In this document: one piece after another, positions 1 to 7,772 of the stretch
Position numbering within the stretch: the stretch's first letter is position 1
Layout: every line of letters starts with the position of its first letter
Assembly: GCA_902795745.1 (NCBI GenBank)
Contig: CADBMG010000078.1
Span: 1-32,609 of the forward strand
DNA from: an uncultured Pseudomonadota bacterium
Lineage (GTDB): Bacteria; Pseudomonadota; Alphaproteobacteria; RF32; CAG-239
DNA: 32,609 nucleotides
Direction of reading: 5' to 3'
Made by a program: the position numbers and the translations under genes
The notes under the pieces: model-generated
The model's database searches: none
The model's input: only the letters and a program-made list of their open reading frames with translations
What the model was told of the DNA's origin: nothing

Positions 1-13
1 AGCAATGTGCTAA

Positions 14-57
14 AAAATGCAAGTGGAAAATTAAACTTGCATTTTGTTTGATTTTTT
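14..57 (+). terminator. Candidate intrinsic terminator of an upstream + strand gene outside the window. It may also overlap the promoter of the next gene.
   Basis: Perfect 11-bp inverted repeat AAAATGCAAGT (14-24) / ACTTGCATTTT (35-45) with a 10-nt loop, followed by T-rich tgtttgatttttt. Confidence 0.35.
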
Positions 58-110
58 ATATGTTAAAAACATAGTTGATTAATGGGCTTAAATGTTGAAG
101 ATAAATTGAT

Positions 111-1223
111 ATGAAAAAACATTTATACATTGTTCGTCATGGTGAAACAGACTATAATGCACAGGGCATTTGTCAAGGACAGTTAATTGATGCCGATTTG
201 AATGAACGCGGACGGGTGCAGGCACAAAAACTTATAGCAGCACTGCAAGATAAAAATATAGGAGCTATATACAGCAGTCCGCTTAAACGTGCCAAGCAAA
301 CAGCAGAGATTATTGCCTCCGGTTTGGGTTTGGATGTTAATTTGCACGAAAAATTGATTGAAGGAAATTTCGGTATAGCTGATGGGACGTCGATGAAAAT
401 AGTTCGTACTTGGCCGACATATAAGCTATGGACTAATCCTAATCCGAAGTATGATGATGTGCATTATGAAAACGGCGAGAGCAAAAAGCAAATACGTTTG
501 CGAGTTTTAGAAGCCTTAAAAGAGATTTGTGCGCAGGAAAAAGCGGATAATATTTTGATAGTTGCTCATAGTGCTATTTTACGTTTTTTGAATTGGTCAA
601 TCGGTAATTATATTCAACAAATGCCGAATGGCTGTGTGTCAGAATTCTTATTTGAAAATGGAGAGCTTAAAGAGGCACAAAAAGGAAAAATTTTATTGCT
701 TTCATGCTGTGCTCCGTGTTCTTGTGCCGTCATCAAGACATTGGCGGAAAAAAATACGGATTTTGCGGTGGCGTTTTATAATCCGAACATTCGTCCGTAC
801 GATGAATATGTTAAACGGCGCGATGAAAATGAGCGTGTATGTAAGATGTATGGTATAGAGTTTATTGAGCTTGAATATGATAATGATCGTTGGTGCAGTT
901 TAACTAAGGGTTTGGAGAATGAACCGGAGCGTGGCAAACGTTGTTCGGTGTGTTTTGAAATGCGCATAAGGCGAGTGATGGAATATGCCAAAGAACATGG
1001 TTTTACGGCAGTTGCTTCGGTTCTGGGTGTTTCGCGGTGGAAGAATCTGGCACAAGTTAATGAGGCCGCAGTAAAAGCATCAGCGACGACAGGTGTGGTT
1101 TATGTCGAAATTGAGGGGCGCAAAAACGGAATGCAGGAATTGCGTGCGGCTCTGATTAAAGAATTAAATTTATATAATCAAATATATTGCGGGTGCAAAC
1201 CGCAACTTAACAAAGGAGTGTAG
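111..1223 (+). CDS. queH: Fusion protein with an N-terminal histidine phosphatase (phosphoglycerate mutase/CobC-like) domain and a C-terminal QueH (DUF208) epoxyqueuosine reductase domain.
   Basis: The N-terminus has VRHGETDYN (RHG catalytic motif) and later VAHSAILR (second His). From about aa 190 the QueH hallmarks appear: LLLSCCAPCS, FYNPNIRPYDEY, RCSVCFEMR, and a C-terminal YCGC. It is one uninterrupted 370-aa ORF. Confidence 0.8.
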   Translation: MKKHLYIVRHGETDYNAQGICQGQLIDADLNERGRVQAQKLIAALQDKNIGAIYSSPLKRAKQTAEIIASGLGLDVNLHEKLIEGNFGIADGTSMKIVRTWPTYKLWTNPNPKYDDVHYENGESKKQIRLRVLEALKEICAQEKADNILIVAHSAILRFLNWSIGNYIQQMPNGCVSEFLFENGELKEAQKGKILLLSCCAPCSCAVIKTLAEKNTDFAVAFYNPNIRPYDEYVKRRDENERVCKMYGIEFIELEYDNDRWCSLTKGLENEPERGKRCSVCFEMRIRRVMEYAKEHGFTAVASVLGVSRWKNLAQVNEAAVKASATTGVVYVEIEGRKNGMQELRAALIKELNLYNQIYCGCKPQLNKGV

Positions 1224-1225
1224 AA

Positions 1226-2206
1226 ATGCAGAAAATTATTCCGAATAAATTGCAAAAGGGTGATAAAGTGATGATTGTAGCACCGGCGCGCGGTTTGAAA
1301 TTAATCAGTGCCGATTGTCGTGAACTTGCTGAAAAAAGGTTGCGTGAGATGGGACTGAATCCGGTGTTTGCTCCTAATACAACCGATGCAAATTTTGATG
1401 CTATGTGCAGTTGGAATGCTCAAGCACGGGCAGATGATTTAATGACAGCTTTTTCCGATAAATCAGTTAAGGCAATTTTTACCGTGTTAGGTGGTTTTAA
1501 CAGCAATCAGATTTTACCGTTGCTTGATTTTGAAATTATTAAGGCGAATCCGAAAATATTTTGCGGTTTTTCCGATATAACGGCGCTGCATGCAGCAATT
1601 AATGCTAAAACCGGTTTGCAAACATATTACGGTCCGCATTACAGTTCAATAGGTATGAGAAAAGGGTGTGAGTACACATTGCAATATTTGCAAAAAATAT
1701 TGTTCAGTGATGAGGTTGTAGAAGTTTTGCCGGCGGAACAATGGAGCGATGATGCGTGGTTTATTGATCAGGAAAATCGCGAATTTATACCTAATGACGG
1801 CTTTTGGAATATTCATAACGGTAGTGCAAAAGGCACGATTGTCGGTGGTAATTTGTGCACTTTTAATTTGCTTTTAGGTACGGATATGCGTCCGGTATTT
1901 GCTCCTGATACGATTTTAATGATTGAAGATGACGGCGGAAGCAATGCGGCAGTGTTTGATCGTAATTTGCAAGCCTTATGTTATCAGCCTGATTTTCGAA
2001 ATGTTAAGGCTTTGGTGATAGGGCGTTTTCAAAAAGAATCAAAAATTGATAGGAAAATGTTGGAGTTTATTATCAACAATAAGCCTGAACTGAAAAATAT
2101 TCCGGTGTTGGCGAATGTCGATTATGGTCACGCCACGCCGATTATTACCATTCCTTTAGGCGGAGAGGCTGAACTCAATAATGGAAAGTTGACTTTGGCA
2201 AAATAA
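1226..2206 (+). CDS. ldcA: LD-carboxypeptidase (peptidase S66, LdcA/MccF-like).
   Basis: GFSDITALH nucleophile-Ser motif, IEDDGG, and C-terminal DYGHATP matching the S66 Ser-Glu-His triad context. The start lies 2 nt after the upstream stop. Confidence 0.8.
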   Translation: MQKIIPNKLQKGDKVMIVAPARGLKLISADCRELAEKRLREMGLNPVFAPNTTDANFDAMCSWNAQARADDLMTAFSDKSVKAIFTVLGGFNSNQILPLLDFEIIKANPKIFCGFSDITALHAAINAKTGLQTYYGPHYSSIGMRKGCEYTLQYLQKILFSDEVVEVLPAEQWSDDAWFIDQENREFIPNDGFWNIHNGSAKGTIVGGNLCTFNLLLGTDMRPVFAPDTILMIEDDGGSNAAVFDRNLQALCYQPDFRNVKALVIGRFQKESKIDRKMLEFIINNKPELKNIPVLANVDYGHATPIITIPLGGEAELNNGKLTLAK

Positions 2207-2225
2207 ACAAATTATTTACGTCAAA

Positions 2226-2259
2226 ACAAAAAATCCCCGACTGACGTCAGGGATTTTTT
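2226..2259. terminator. Bidirectional rho-independent terminator between convergent ldcA and the DUF1013 gene.
   Basis: aaaaaaATCCCCGAC-tgac-GTCAGGGATttttt: a 9-position stem with one mismatch, an A-run 5' and a T-run 3'. Confidence 0.6.
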
Positions 2260-2276
2260 CATTTTAAGCAAAGTTT

Positions 2277-3098
2277 TTACTTTTTCTTTGCGGTTGCTTT
2301 CTTTGTTGTTTTTTTAGCAGCAGCTTTTTTCGCTGCGGTTTTAGTCTTTGTTGTTTTTTTAGCCGTAGTTTTGGTTGTTGCCGCTTTGGCGGTTTTAGCT
2401 TTGGTTACCGTTTTTTTAGCAGCTGTTTTTTTCGTTGCCGTTTTAGTTTTTACTGCTTTACTTTTTGGTGCAGTCTTTTTCGCGGCAGTTTTAGTTGTTT
2501 TAGTTTTTACTGTTTTTTTCTTTGCTGCAACCTTAGTCTTTTTAGCTTTTTTAGCAGGTTTCTTTTTGGTCTTAGGTTTAGGATTACTTAATGCCTCTGA
2601 TACGCTAACTGCTTTTTCCAGTGAAATTTCATCACAGAGGCCTAATGTCATCGGGTTTTTCGGCTTTAAGTCTTCATAGCCTTTATTTCGAACCTTGGCA
2701 ATTGTCGGTTTTGTAGTGCCTAATAATTTGGCAATTTGCGAATCGATAATGTTAGGAAATTGTTGCAGAATCCATAAAATTGCCGCCGGCTTTTCACTAC
2801 GCTGCGTCGGGGTTAGCAGCTTTTTAGCCTTGGCATTGCGCTCTTTAACATTGTTCTCTAAAACGTTTGCTACCAAATCGGCATGCGAATCGGCTTCACA
2901 ACGATGAATTTCTTCCCAAGTTAGCTGATTGTTGTTAATCGGACTCAGACCGACAATATTATAAGCTACATCGCCGTCTGCAATGGCTTGAATTTCTAAT
3001 TCGTGAATTTCGCAAAACTTAGCAATTTGGCGAAAAGTCAGTGTCGTATTTTCAACAAGCCATACGGCTGTTGCTTTTGGCATTAAAGGTGCTGTCAT
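2277..3098 (-). CDS. DUF1013-family protein (alphaproteobacterial, two HTH-like repeats) with a C-terminal Lys/Ala/Thr-rich histone-H1-like tail of about 108 aa.
   Basis: The N-terminus MTAPLMPKATAVWLVENTTLTFRQIAKFCEIHELEIQAIADGD and the second repeat IIDSQIAKLLGTTKPTIAKVRNK resemble DUF1013. Residues about 166-273 are almost only K, A and T (AAKKT, TKTKT repeats). Confidence 0.75.
   Translation of the reverse strand: MTAPLMPKATAVWLVENTTLTFRQIAKFCEIHELEIQAIADGDVAYNIVGLSPINNNQLTWEEIHRCEADSHADLVANVLENNVKERNAKAKKLLTPTQRSEKPAAILWILQQFPNIIDSQIAKLLGTTKPTIAKVRNKGYEDLKPKNPMTLGLCDEISLEKAVSVSEALSNPKPKTKKKPAKKAKKTKVAAKKKTVKTKTTKTAAKKTAPKSKAVKTKTATKKTAAKKTVTKAKTAKAATTKTTAKKTTKTKTAAKKAAAKKTTKKATAKKK
2280..2603 (-). 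repeat. Low-complexity coding repeat that encodes the K/A/T tail. It consists of degenerate short tandem units and is T-rich on the + strand.
   Basis: Reiterated gttttag / ttttttagc / gctgc(g/a)gtt units on the + strand. The mirror ORF 2371-2679 (+) is an artefact of this repeat. Confidence 0.7.
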
Positions 3099-3186
3099 AA
3101 TTTTATTCCTTTCATTTTTTGTTCTCTATATGCTTACTGTAAACAAGCAACTTTCAATATACAAGCATATTTTTCACTTTATAAAC

Positions 3187-3216
3187 GCAAAAGGCCTGCT
3201 CAATGCAGGCGCTTTT
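3187..3216 (-). terminator. Candidate terminator downstream of rpmE.
   Basis: GCCTGC (3194-3199) / GCAGGC (3205-3210), a 6-bp stem with a 5-nt loop. On the minus strand it is followed by CTTTTGCGTTT, about 20 nt after the rpmE stop. Confidence 0.45.
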
Positions 3217-3235
3217 AGCAATTGCTTTGGTAACA

Positions 3236-3463
3236 TTAGTTATTTTTCAAACCAAAAGCGGCAAACTTATTGTTAAATTTGCTTACCTGACCGCCACTGT
3301 CTACCAAGCGACGTTGACCGGTCCAAGCCGGATGCGACTTCGGGTCAATTTCGAGCAACATCTTATCGCCGGCTTTACCCCAAGTCGATTTGGTTTTAAC
3401 TTCTGTTCCATCTGTCATCACATATGTAATCTCGTGATAATCAGGGTGAATTCCTTTTTTCAT
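3236..3463 (-). CDS. rpmE: 50S ribosomal protein L31.
   Basis: [12 protein letters not shown]...[24 protein letters not shown] is the canonical L31 sequence. There is no CxxC pair, so it is the non-zinc form. Confidence 0.95.
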   Translation of the reverse strand: MKKGIHPDYHEITYVMTDGTEVKTKSTWGKAGDKMLLEIDPKSHPAWTGQRRLVDSGGQVSKFNNKFAAFGLKNN

Positions 3464-3565
3464 TTATATTCTCCAATTAACAACTTACGATATTTTTTAG
3501 CCTTTATACATTATGCTTTTCAAATACGCAAGCATTATTTTTATCATTTTTTAATTTTTTTCGAT

Positions 3566-4348
3566 TTAAGCGAACAAATCAGCTGCTTTTTGGCGCAAAG
3601 CTTCATTGCAAGCAATAATTCTGCCGCCGCTTAGTGCTTTGAGCAAATCTTCGCTACGCACGTCCTTTTCGCCCATTGCCAATACATAACCTCCGGCTTC
3701 TTTAACCAATAATATGCCGGCAGCCATTGAAATAATCGGAGTGTCGACAATAGCAGCAATATCGGTTTTGCCGGCAGCAACATAGGCTAAATCCATAGCC
3801 GGACAGCCGCTGATGTTGAGGTTAGGCGAAACGCTTAAAGCTTTCTGGACTAAGGTCGCAGCAGCATTGGTGCTGAACAATGCGTTTTCAATGTTTTTGC
3901 GACCGGCTACCCGTAAACGTTCGTGGCTGCGGAAGCCTTCTTTGAATGCTCCGGCACCTTTTTCGGCAAAAAACATCTCATCGGTTATCGGATTATACAC
4001 TGCCGCTAATGTCACGGTGTTGTTTTCAATCATGGCTACCGATAGAGCAAAACGCGTGTTGCCGTGTGCAAAATTTGTCATACCGTCAATAGCGTTAATT
4101 ACAAAATAGCTATTGTTTGTCGGGAGCGAATCGACTGTTTCGCTGACAAAAGCGTAGTTAGGCTTTATTTTAGCGAGTTCTTCTTGCAAAATATTGCGTA
4201 CTTTTTCATACGAATGTTGAGCAAATCGTTCTCCGCCGTGTACCGAAGTCTGCAGGTGTTCCAATTCGTTGAAATCACGCGCCAACGGAATAGCAGCCTT
4301 TTTCAGTGCGCCAATGGTTAAGGTCAAAAGAGGAGAAAGATATGCCAT
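3566..4348 (-). CDS. suhB: Inositol monophosphatase family protein (SuhB-like).
   Basis: FVINAIDGMTNFAHG (DPIDGT-NF-like metal site), the WDxAAG-equivalent MDLAYVAAG, and a length of 260 aa. Confidence 0.85.
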   Translation of the reverse strand: MAYLSPLLTLTIGALKKAAIPLARDFNELEHLQTSVHGGERFAQHSYEKVRNILQEELAKIKPNYAFVSETVDSLPTNNSYFVINAIDGMTNFAHGNTRFALSVAMIENNTVTLAAVYNPITDEMFFAEKGAGAFKEGFRSHERLRVAGRKNIENALFSTNAAATLVQKALSVSPNLNISGCPAMDLAYVAAGKTDIAAIVDTPIISMAAGILLVKEAGGYVLAMGEKDVRSEDLLKALSGGRIIACNEALRQKAADLFA

Positions 4349-4911
4349 TATTTTGCTCTTTCAACATAATTAGCTTCGGCTGTGCCGACAACGATTTTAT
4401 CACCTACGCCGATGAACGGAGGAACAGTTGTGCGTACGCCGTTATCCAAAATTGCCGGTTTGTATGACGAAGAAACGGTTTGTCCCTTGATTACAGGTTC
4501 GGTTTCAACAACCGTGCAAACTACTTGCAACGGCAAATCAACGGAAATAGGACGACCGTCGATGTAAGAAATTTTTACATCCATACCGTCAGTCAAAAAC
4601 GGGCGCGAATCGCCTAAAATATCTGCCGGCATGGTAAATTGTTCGTAAGTATCGGATTCCATAAAGGTTAATCCGGAAGCATCTTCAAACAAAAATTGGC
4701 AATCTCTGTCTTCTACCATCAACTTTTCAACCGTATCCTCGGTTCTAAAGCGTTCATTGGTTTTGGTACCGGCTTCAACTTCTTTCATTTCTACCTGCAT
4801 AAAAGCTCCGCCTTTTCCCGGTTTGATGTGTACGGCTTTGGTAATTGTCCATGGCTTGCCTTTATATTCAATAACCCAGCCAATTCTTATTGCTCCTGCG
4901 AGTTGTTTCAT
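4348..4911 (-). CDS. efp: Translation elongation factor P.
   Basis: IEYKGKPWTITKAVHIKPGKGGAFMQVEMKEV contains the conserved KPGKG loop. Length is 187 aa, and a GGAGA SD lies upstream. Confidence 0.95.
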   Translation of the reverse strand: MKQLAGAIRIGWVIEYKGKPWTITKAVHIKPGKGGAFMQVEMKEVEAGTKTNERFRTEDTVEKLMVEDRDCQFLFEDASGLTFMESDTYEQFTMPADILGDSRPFLTDGMDVKISYIDGRPISVDLPLQVVCTVVETEPVIKGQTVSSSYKPAILDNGVRTTVPPFIGVGDKIVVGTAEANYVERAK

Positions 4912-5025
4912 CTTTTATTCTCCATATATACAATTTTAAAAGTGATTGATGAGGGCAACATAAAACATTTATTTTTTTTTCGCAACAAAAATTTTGCTTT
5001 TCGTAATTTTTTAACAAAAAAAATG

Positions 5026-5053
5026 TTGACTTTCAGAAAAATAGCGATATTAT
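5026..5053 (+). promoter_or_regulatory. Candidate sigma70-type promoter for the GC-rich orphan gene.
   Basis: TTGACT (5026-5031), 16-nt spacer, TATTAT (5048-5053), about 30 nt upstream of the ATG at 5083. Confidence 0.35.
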
Positions 5054-5082
5054 TCTTTTTGTCTAACCAATAATTAAGATAT

Positions 5083-5592
5083 ATGGAAAAGAAAAAAATT
5101 TTGCCTTTCATCCTGATGCTTATGGATGAAAGTGGTGCTACGGTTGATGATATCCGTGAGGCACAGATTCTTGCTCGCAGGTCCAAGTATGCCGACGAGA
5201 GGTTTGATTTGCTGGTTGAGGTTGACGGAGAGCGCAGGCGTGTGCCTTTTAGTGAAGGCAAGGAAATGAAGCCGCTCGGTATTTTTCCGCGCAACAGTTC
5301 AAGGTTCTTTATCCTCTTCGGTGTGAGCCAGCCGGCGCCGTATCCTGATGAGCTGCGCAGCCAGATGGCCGACAAGCACGTGGCCGAGAAGGTCATCGCT
5401 CCGGTTTTGCCTGAACTCAACGCCAAGCTCAAGGAGGTCGGCATTGCTCCGCTTTCCGGTCGTTACTGGATTGACGGAATGGAGCATTCCGGCAACGGCT
5501 ACTGGGCGTTGATCTGCAACAAGCTTAATGCTGATGTGACGTACCTCGACGAGAAGCACAAGGCGATGATTCTGCTCGGAGGGTATCTCTGA
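5083..5592 (+). CDS. Hypothetical protein with no family recognised. It is a compositionally foreign (GC-rich) orphan gene.
   Basis: 169-aa ORF. The frame shows strong G/C at codon third positions (AAG, GAG, CTC, GCC, GAC). Hand-counted 60-nt blocks give 52-60% GC between 5161 and 5460, against about 38% in a host coding block. It has its own promoter-like element and terminator. Confidence 0.6.
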   Translation: MEKKKILPFILMLMDESGATVDDIREAQILARRSKYADERFDLLVEVDGERRRVPFSEGKEMKPLGIFPRNSSRFFILFGVSQPAPYPDELRSQMADKHVAEKVIAPVLPELNAKLKEVGIAPLSGRYWIDGMEHSGNGYWALICNKLNADVTYLDEKHKAMILLGGYL

Positions 5593-5606
5593 GCATGAAA
5601 TCTTTG

Positions 5607-5646
5607 AAAAAATCCTGTTCCCCCACAAGGGCGGCAGGATTTTTTT
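5607..5646 (+). terminator. Rho-independent terminator of the GC-rich orphan gene.
   Basis: AAAAAATCCTG (5607-5617) pairs with CAGGATTTTTT (5635-5645). An inner CCCCC/GGG(C)GG helix extends the stem, and a T6 run follows. Confidence 0.65.
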
Positions 5647-5720
5647 GTACTGTTATATTTTTACTTGATTTATGATAAAAATCAGCTAAGGTGGGTACAT
5701 ATTAATGACAAAGGAGAAAA

Positions 5721-6302
5721 ATGATGTTGCTTTTAGCTTTATTTCTTGCCGTTTTTATTTACAGCGTTCCGGTTTTGGCGAATCCGGCTTGTGCCGTATG
5801 TACGGTAGGGGTGGTTGCCGGTTTGAGTGTTGCCCGCAATTTGGGTGTTGATGACGGTGTGGTAGCAATTTGGTCCGGCGCATTACTCGCACTCATCGGT
5901 TATTGGACAATATTGTGGTTTGAAAAGAAAAATTGGAATTTTCCTTTGCGTAATTTTTTATTAATGGCTTTGTCCTTAGCGATGATAGGCGGGGTTTATA
6001 TTAAAGATTTGGTGTATACTCCGCAGCCGATTTTGATTTTTTATATGGATCCGTTTTTGTTCTGTGCCTTACTCGGTGCGCTTATTTTGATATACAGTTC
6101 GGTATTTTATCAATGGATGAAAGCAAAAAACGGCGGACACGCTCATTTTCCGTTCGAAAAAGTGGTGTTACCGATTGCGGCATTGGCTCTTGCCAGCTGG
6201 GCGGTTGATTATTTGCAACTGTGCCAACCGACGGCGGAGGACGGAATTGAGGCTGTTTTGAATATACCTGCCGACGGTTCTGATATTTATGACTTTAATT
6301 AA
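5721..6302 (+). CDS. Hypothetical integral membrane protein with several predicted TM helices.
   Basis: AAGGAG SD 5 nt upstream. The sequence is very hydrophobic, with an N-terminal signal-like segment followed by CAVC. No family recognised. Confidence 0.6.
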   Translation: MMLLLALFLAVFIYSVPVLANPACAVCTVGVVAGLSVARNLGVDDGVVAIWSGALLALIGYWTILWFEKKNWNFPLRNFLLMALSLAMIGGVYIKDLVYTPQPILIFYMDPFLFCALLGALILIYSSVFYQWMKAKNGGHAHFPFEKVVLPIAALALASWAVDYLQLCQPTAEDGIEAVLNIPADGSDIYDFN

Positions 6303-6470
6303 AAAAGTTTTTTCATCAAAGTTGCTTTGAAACGGCTTTTTTATCAATGACGGAAATCTTCTGAATGATATTCTGAAAATCTTTTTTGCTGCTTTTCCTG
6401 AAAAATGATAAAAAATAATTATATATAAGAAAACGAGAAAAATACCATTTGAAAGATGTATTAAAATCAA

Positions 6471-6499
6471 TTGACAACCAATATAGAATCTTTTATATA
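6471..6499 (+). promoter_or_regulatory. Candidate sigma70-type promoter for the XRE regulator/trmB pair.
   Basis: TTGACA (6471-6476), 17-nt spacer, TATATA (6494-6499). An AGGAG SD follows at about 6527. Confidence 0.45.
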
Positions 6500-6537
6500 G
6501 GTATACATAATAAATTAATATTTTATAGGAGCAGAAG

Positions 6538-7035
6538 ATGAGAAGAACAAAGTCTATACGCGGCAGAATGGACGATAATGAGCCAAATCCGATTGATGTT
6601 CACGTAGGAAAGCGTATTCGCTTGCGTCGTACTATTTTGCACATGACGCAGCAGCAATTGGCAGAAAAGTTGGGCTTGACTTTTCAGCAAGTGCAGAAAT
6701 ATGAAAAGGGTTTGAATCGCGTAGGAGCAAGCCGTTTGTGGGATATCAGCTGTGTTTTGAGCGTACCAATGAACTTCTTTTTTGAGGATATTGATGCTCG
6801 TGTTGCCGAATGCAGTCCGCGCCCGAAAAATGAGGGTGATGCTTATGTTCATGATGTACCGCCGGAGCTTGAAGATGATCCGATGAAGCGCGCCGAGACG
6901 TTGGAACTTGTTCGTGCATATTATAAAATAGTGAACCGTACTTTAGCTAAGAATATTTTCAATTTGTTGGTAGGTTTGTCCAGATCCAATTATAATACTC
7001 CGGATTTGGAATCATTAGAAAATGACGATAAATAA
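6538..7035 (+). CDS. XRE-family helix-turn-helix transcriptional regulator.
   Basis: VGKRIRLRRTILHMTQQQLAEKLGLTFQQVQKYEKGLNRVGASRLWDISCVL is a classic Cro/C1-type HTH. Confidence 0.85.
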   Translation: MRRTKSIRGRMDDNEPNPIDVHVGKRIRLRRTILHMTQQQLAEKLGLTFQQVQKYEKGLNRVGASRLWDISCVLSVPMNFFFEDIDARVAECSPRPKNEGDAYVHDVPPELEDDPMKRAETLELVRAYYKIVNRTLAKNIFNLLVGLSRSNYNTPDLESLENDDK

Positions 7036-7771
7036 TTCGGAAGAATTCAGAGATAAACCGAAATTTTTCGGTAGACGCAAAGGGCGTACAATACGCAAGG
7101 CAAAAAGTTTTCTCATTGAGAATTTTTTGCCGCGTTTGCGTTTATCTTCGGCAGAAAAAATAGATTTGGATAAATGCTTTGCAGAATCAAAAGAAAAATA
7201 TTGCCTTGAAATAGGTTTTGGAGATGGAGAGCATTTGGCTGCGTTAGCTATGACCCAACCCCAGAACGGGTTTGTCGGAGTTGAAGTTTATAAAAACGGT
7301 GTGGCAAATTTGCTCAGCATTTTAACCGGAATTAAAGAAGGTGATGACTGTGGCGAGGTTGATGAAATACATTTAGTTTCCGGCAGAAAAGATAATGTGC
7401 GTGTTTTTGACGACGATGTTCGTTTATTGTTTGCAGCTTTGCCGAGTGGAGTTTTTGATAAAATATATCTGTTGTTTCCGGATCCGTGGCCGAAGAAGAA
7501 ACATGCCGGACGGCGTTTTGTTAATCCGGATAATTTACGGGAATTGTCACGCTTGTTAAAGCGTGGAGGAATATTGCAAATTGCTACCGATCATCAGGTT
7601 TATAAGCGTTGGGTGATGGAGCAGATGCGCAATAATAAGGATTTTTGCTGGACGGCAAAATGCTCTGATGATTGGCGCAATCCTCCTGCCGATTGGTTTG
7701 AGACCAAATATCAGCGTAAGGCAATACGGGAAGGGCGTAAGCCGGTGTTTTTTGAATATAAACGAGTTTGA
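7022..7771 (+). CDS. trmB: tRNA (guanine46-N7)-methyltransferase.
   Basis: LEIGFGDGEHL (SAM-binding site) and LLFPDPWPKKKHAGRRF (TrmB signature). It overlaps the XRE gene by 14 nt. Confidence 0.9.
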   Translation: MTINNSEEFRDKPKFFGRRKGRTIRKAKSFLIENFLPRLRLSSAEKIDLDKCFAESKEKYCLEIGFGDGEHLAALAMTQPQNGFVGVEVYKNGVANLLSILTGIKEGDDCGEVDEIHLVSGRKDNVRVFDDDVRLLFAALPSGVFDKIYLLFPDPWPKKKHAGRRFVNPDNLRELSRLLKRGGILQIATDHQVYKRWVMEQMRNNKDFCWTAKCSDDWRNPPADWFETKYQRKAIREGRKPVFFEYKRV

Positions 7772-7772
7772 T

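Noticed and set aside
2241-2248. Perfect TGACGTCA palindrome, resembling a CRE or bZIP-type site.
   Set aside because: It forms the apex of the bidirectional terminator hairpin between two convergent genes. There is no reason to invoke a separate protein-binding site.
2371-2679. 102-aa plus-strand ORF (VFLAAVFFVAVLVF...) opposite the DUF1013 tail.
   Set aside because: It is the mirror image of the K/A/T repeat, since AAA/GCN/ACN codons read backwards give F, A, V and L. It has no start context and overlaps a well-supported gene entirely.
3203-3634. 143-aa plus-strand ORF spanning rpmE and the rpmE-suhB spacer.
   Set aside because: It is antisense to the canonical L31 gene and crosses intergenic AT-rich sequence. 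The translation is low-complexity and Phe/Ile-rich.
4908-5444. 178-aa minus-strand ORF, together with 5299-5628 (109 aa), lying antisense to the GC-rich orphan gene.
   Set aside because: Long antisense open frames are expected in GC-rich sequence because stop codons are scarce. The product is Ser/Leu/Arg-rich and low in complexity. The plus frame shows the coherent G/C third-position codon pattern and has the promoter, ATG and terminator.
6168-6470. 100-aa minus-strand ORF in the 6303-6537 intergenic region that overlaps the end of the membrane-protein gene.
   Set aside because: The translation is Ile/Phe/Lys-rich and typical of AT-rich non-coding DNA. It has no SD and overlaps the 3' end of a plausible gene.
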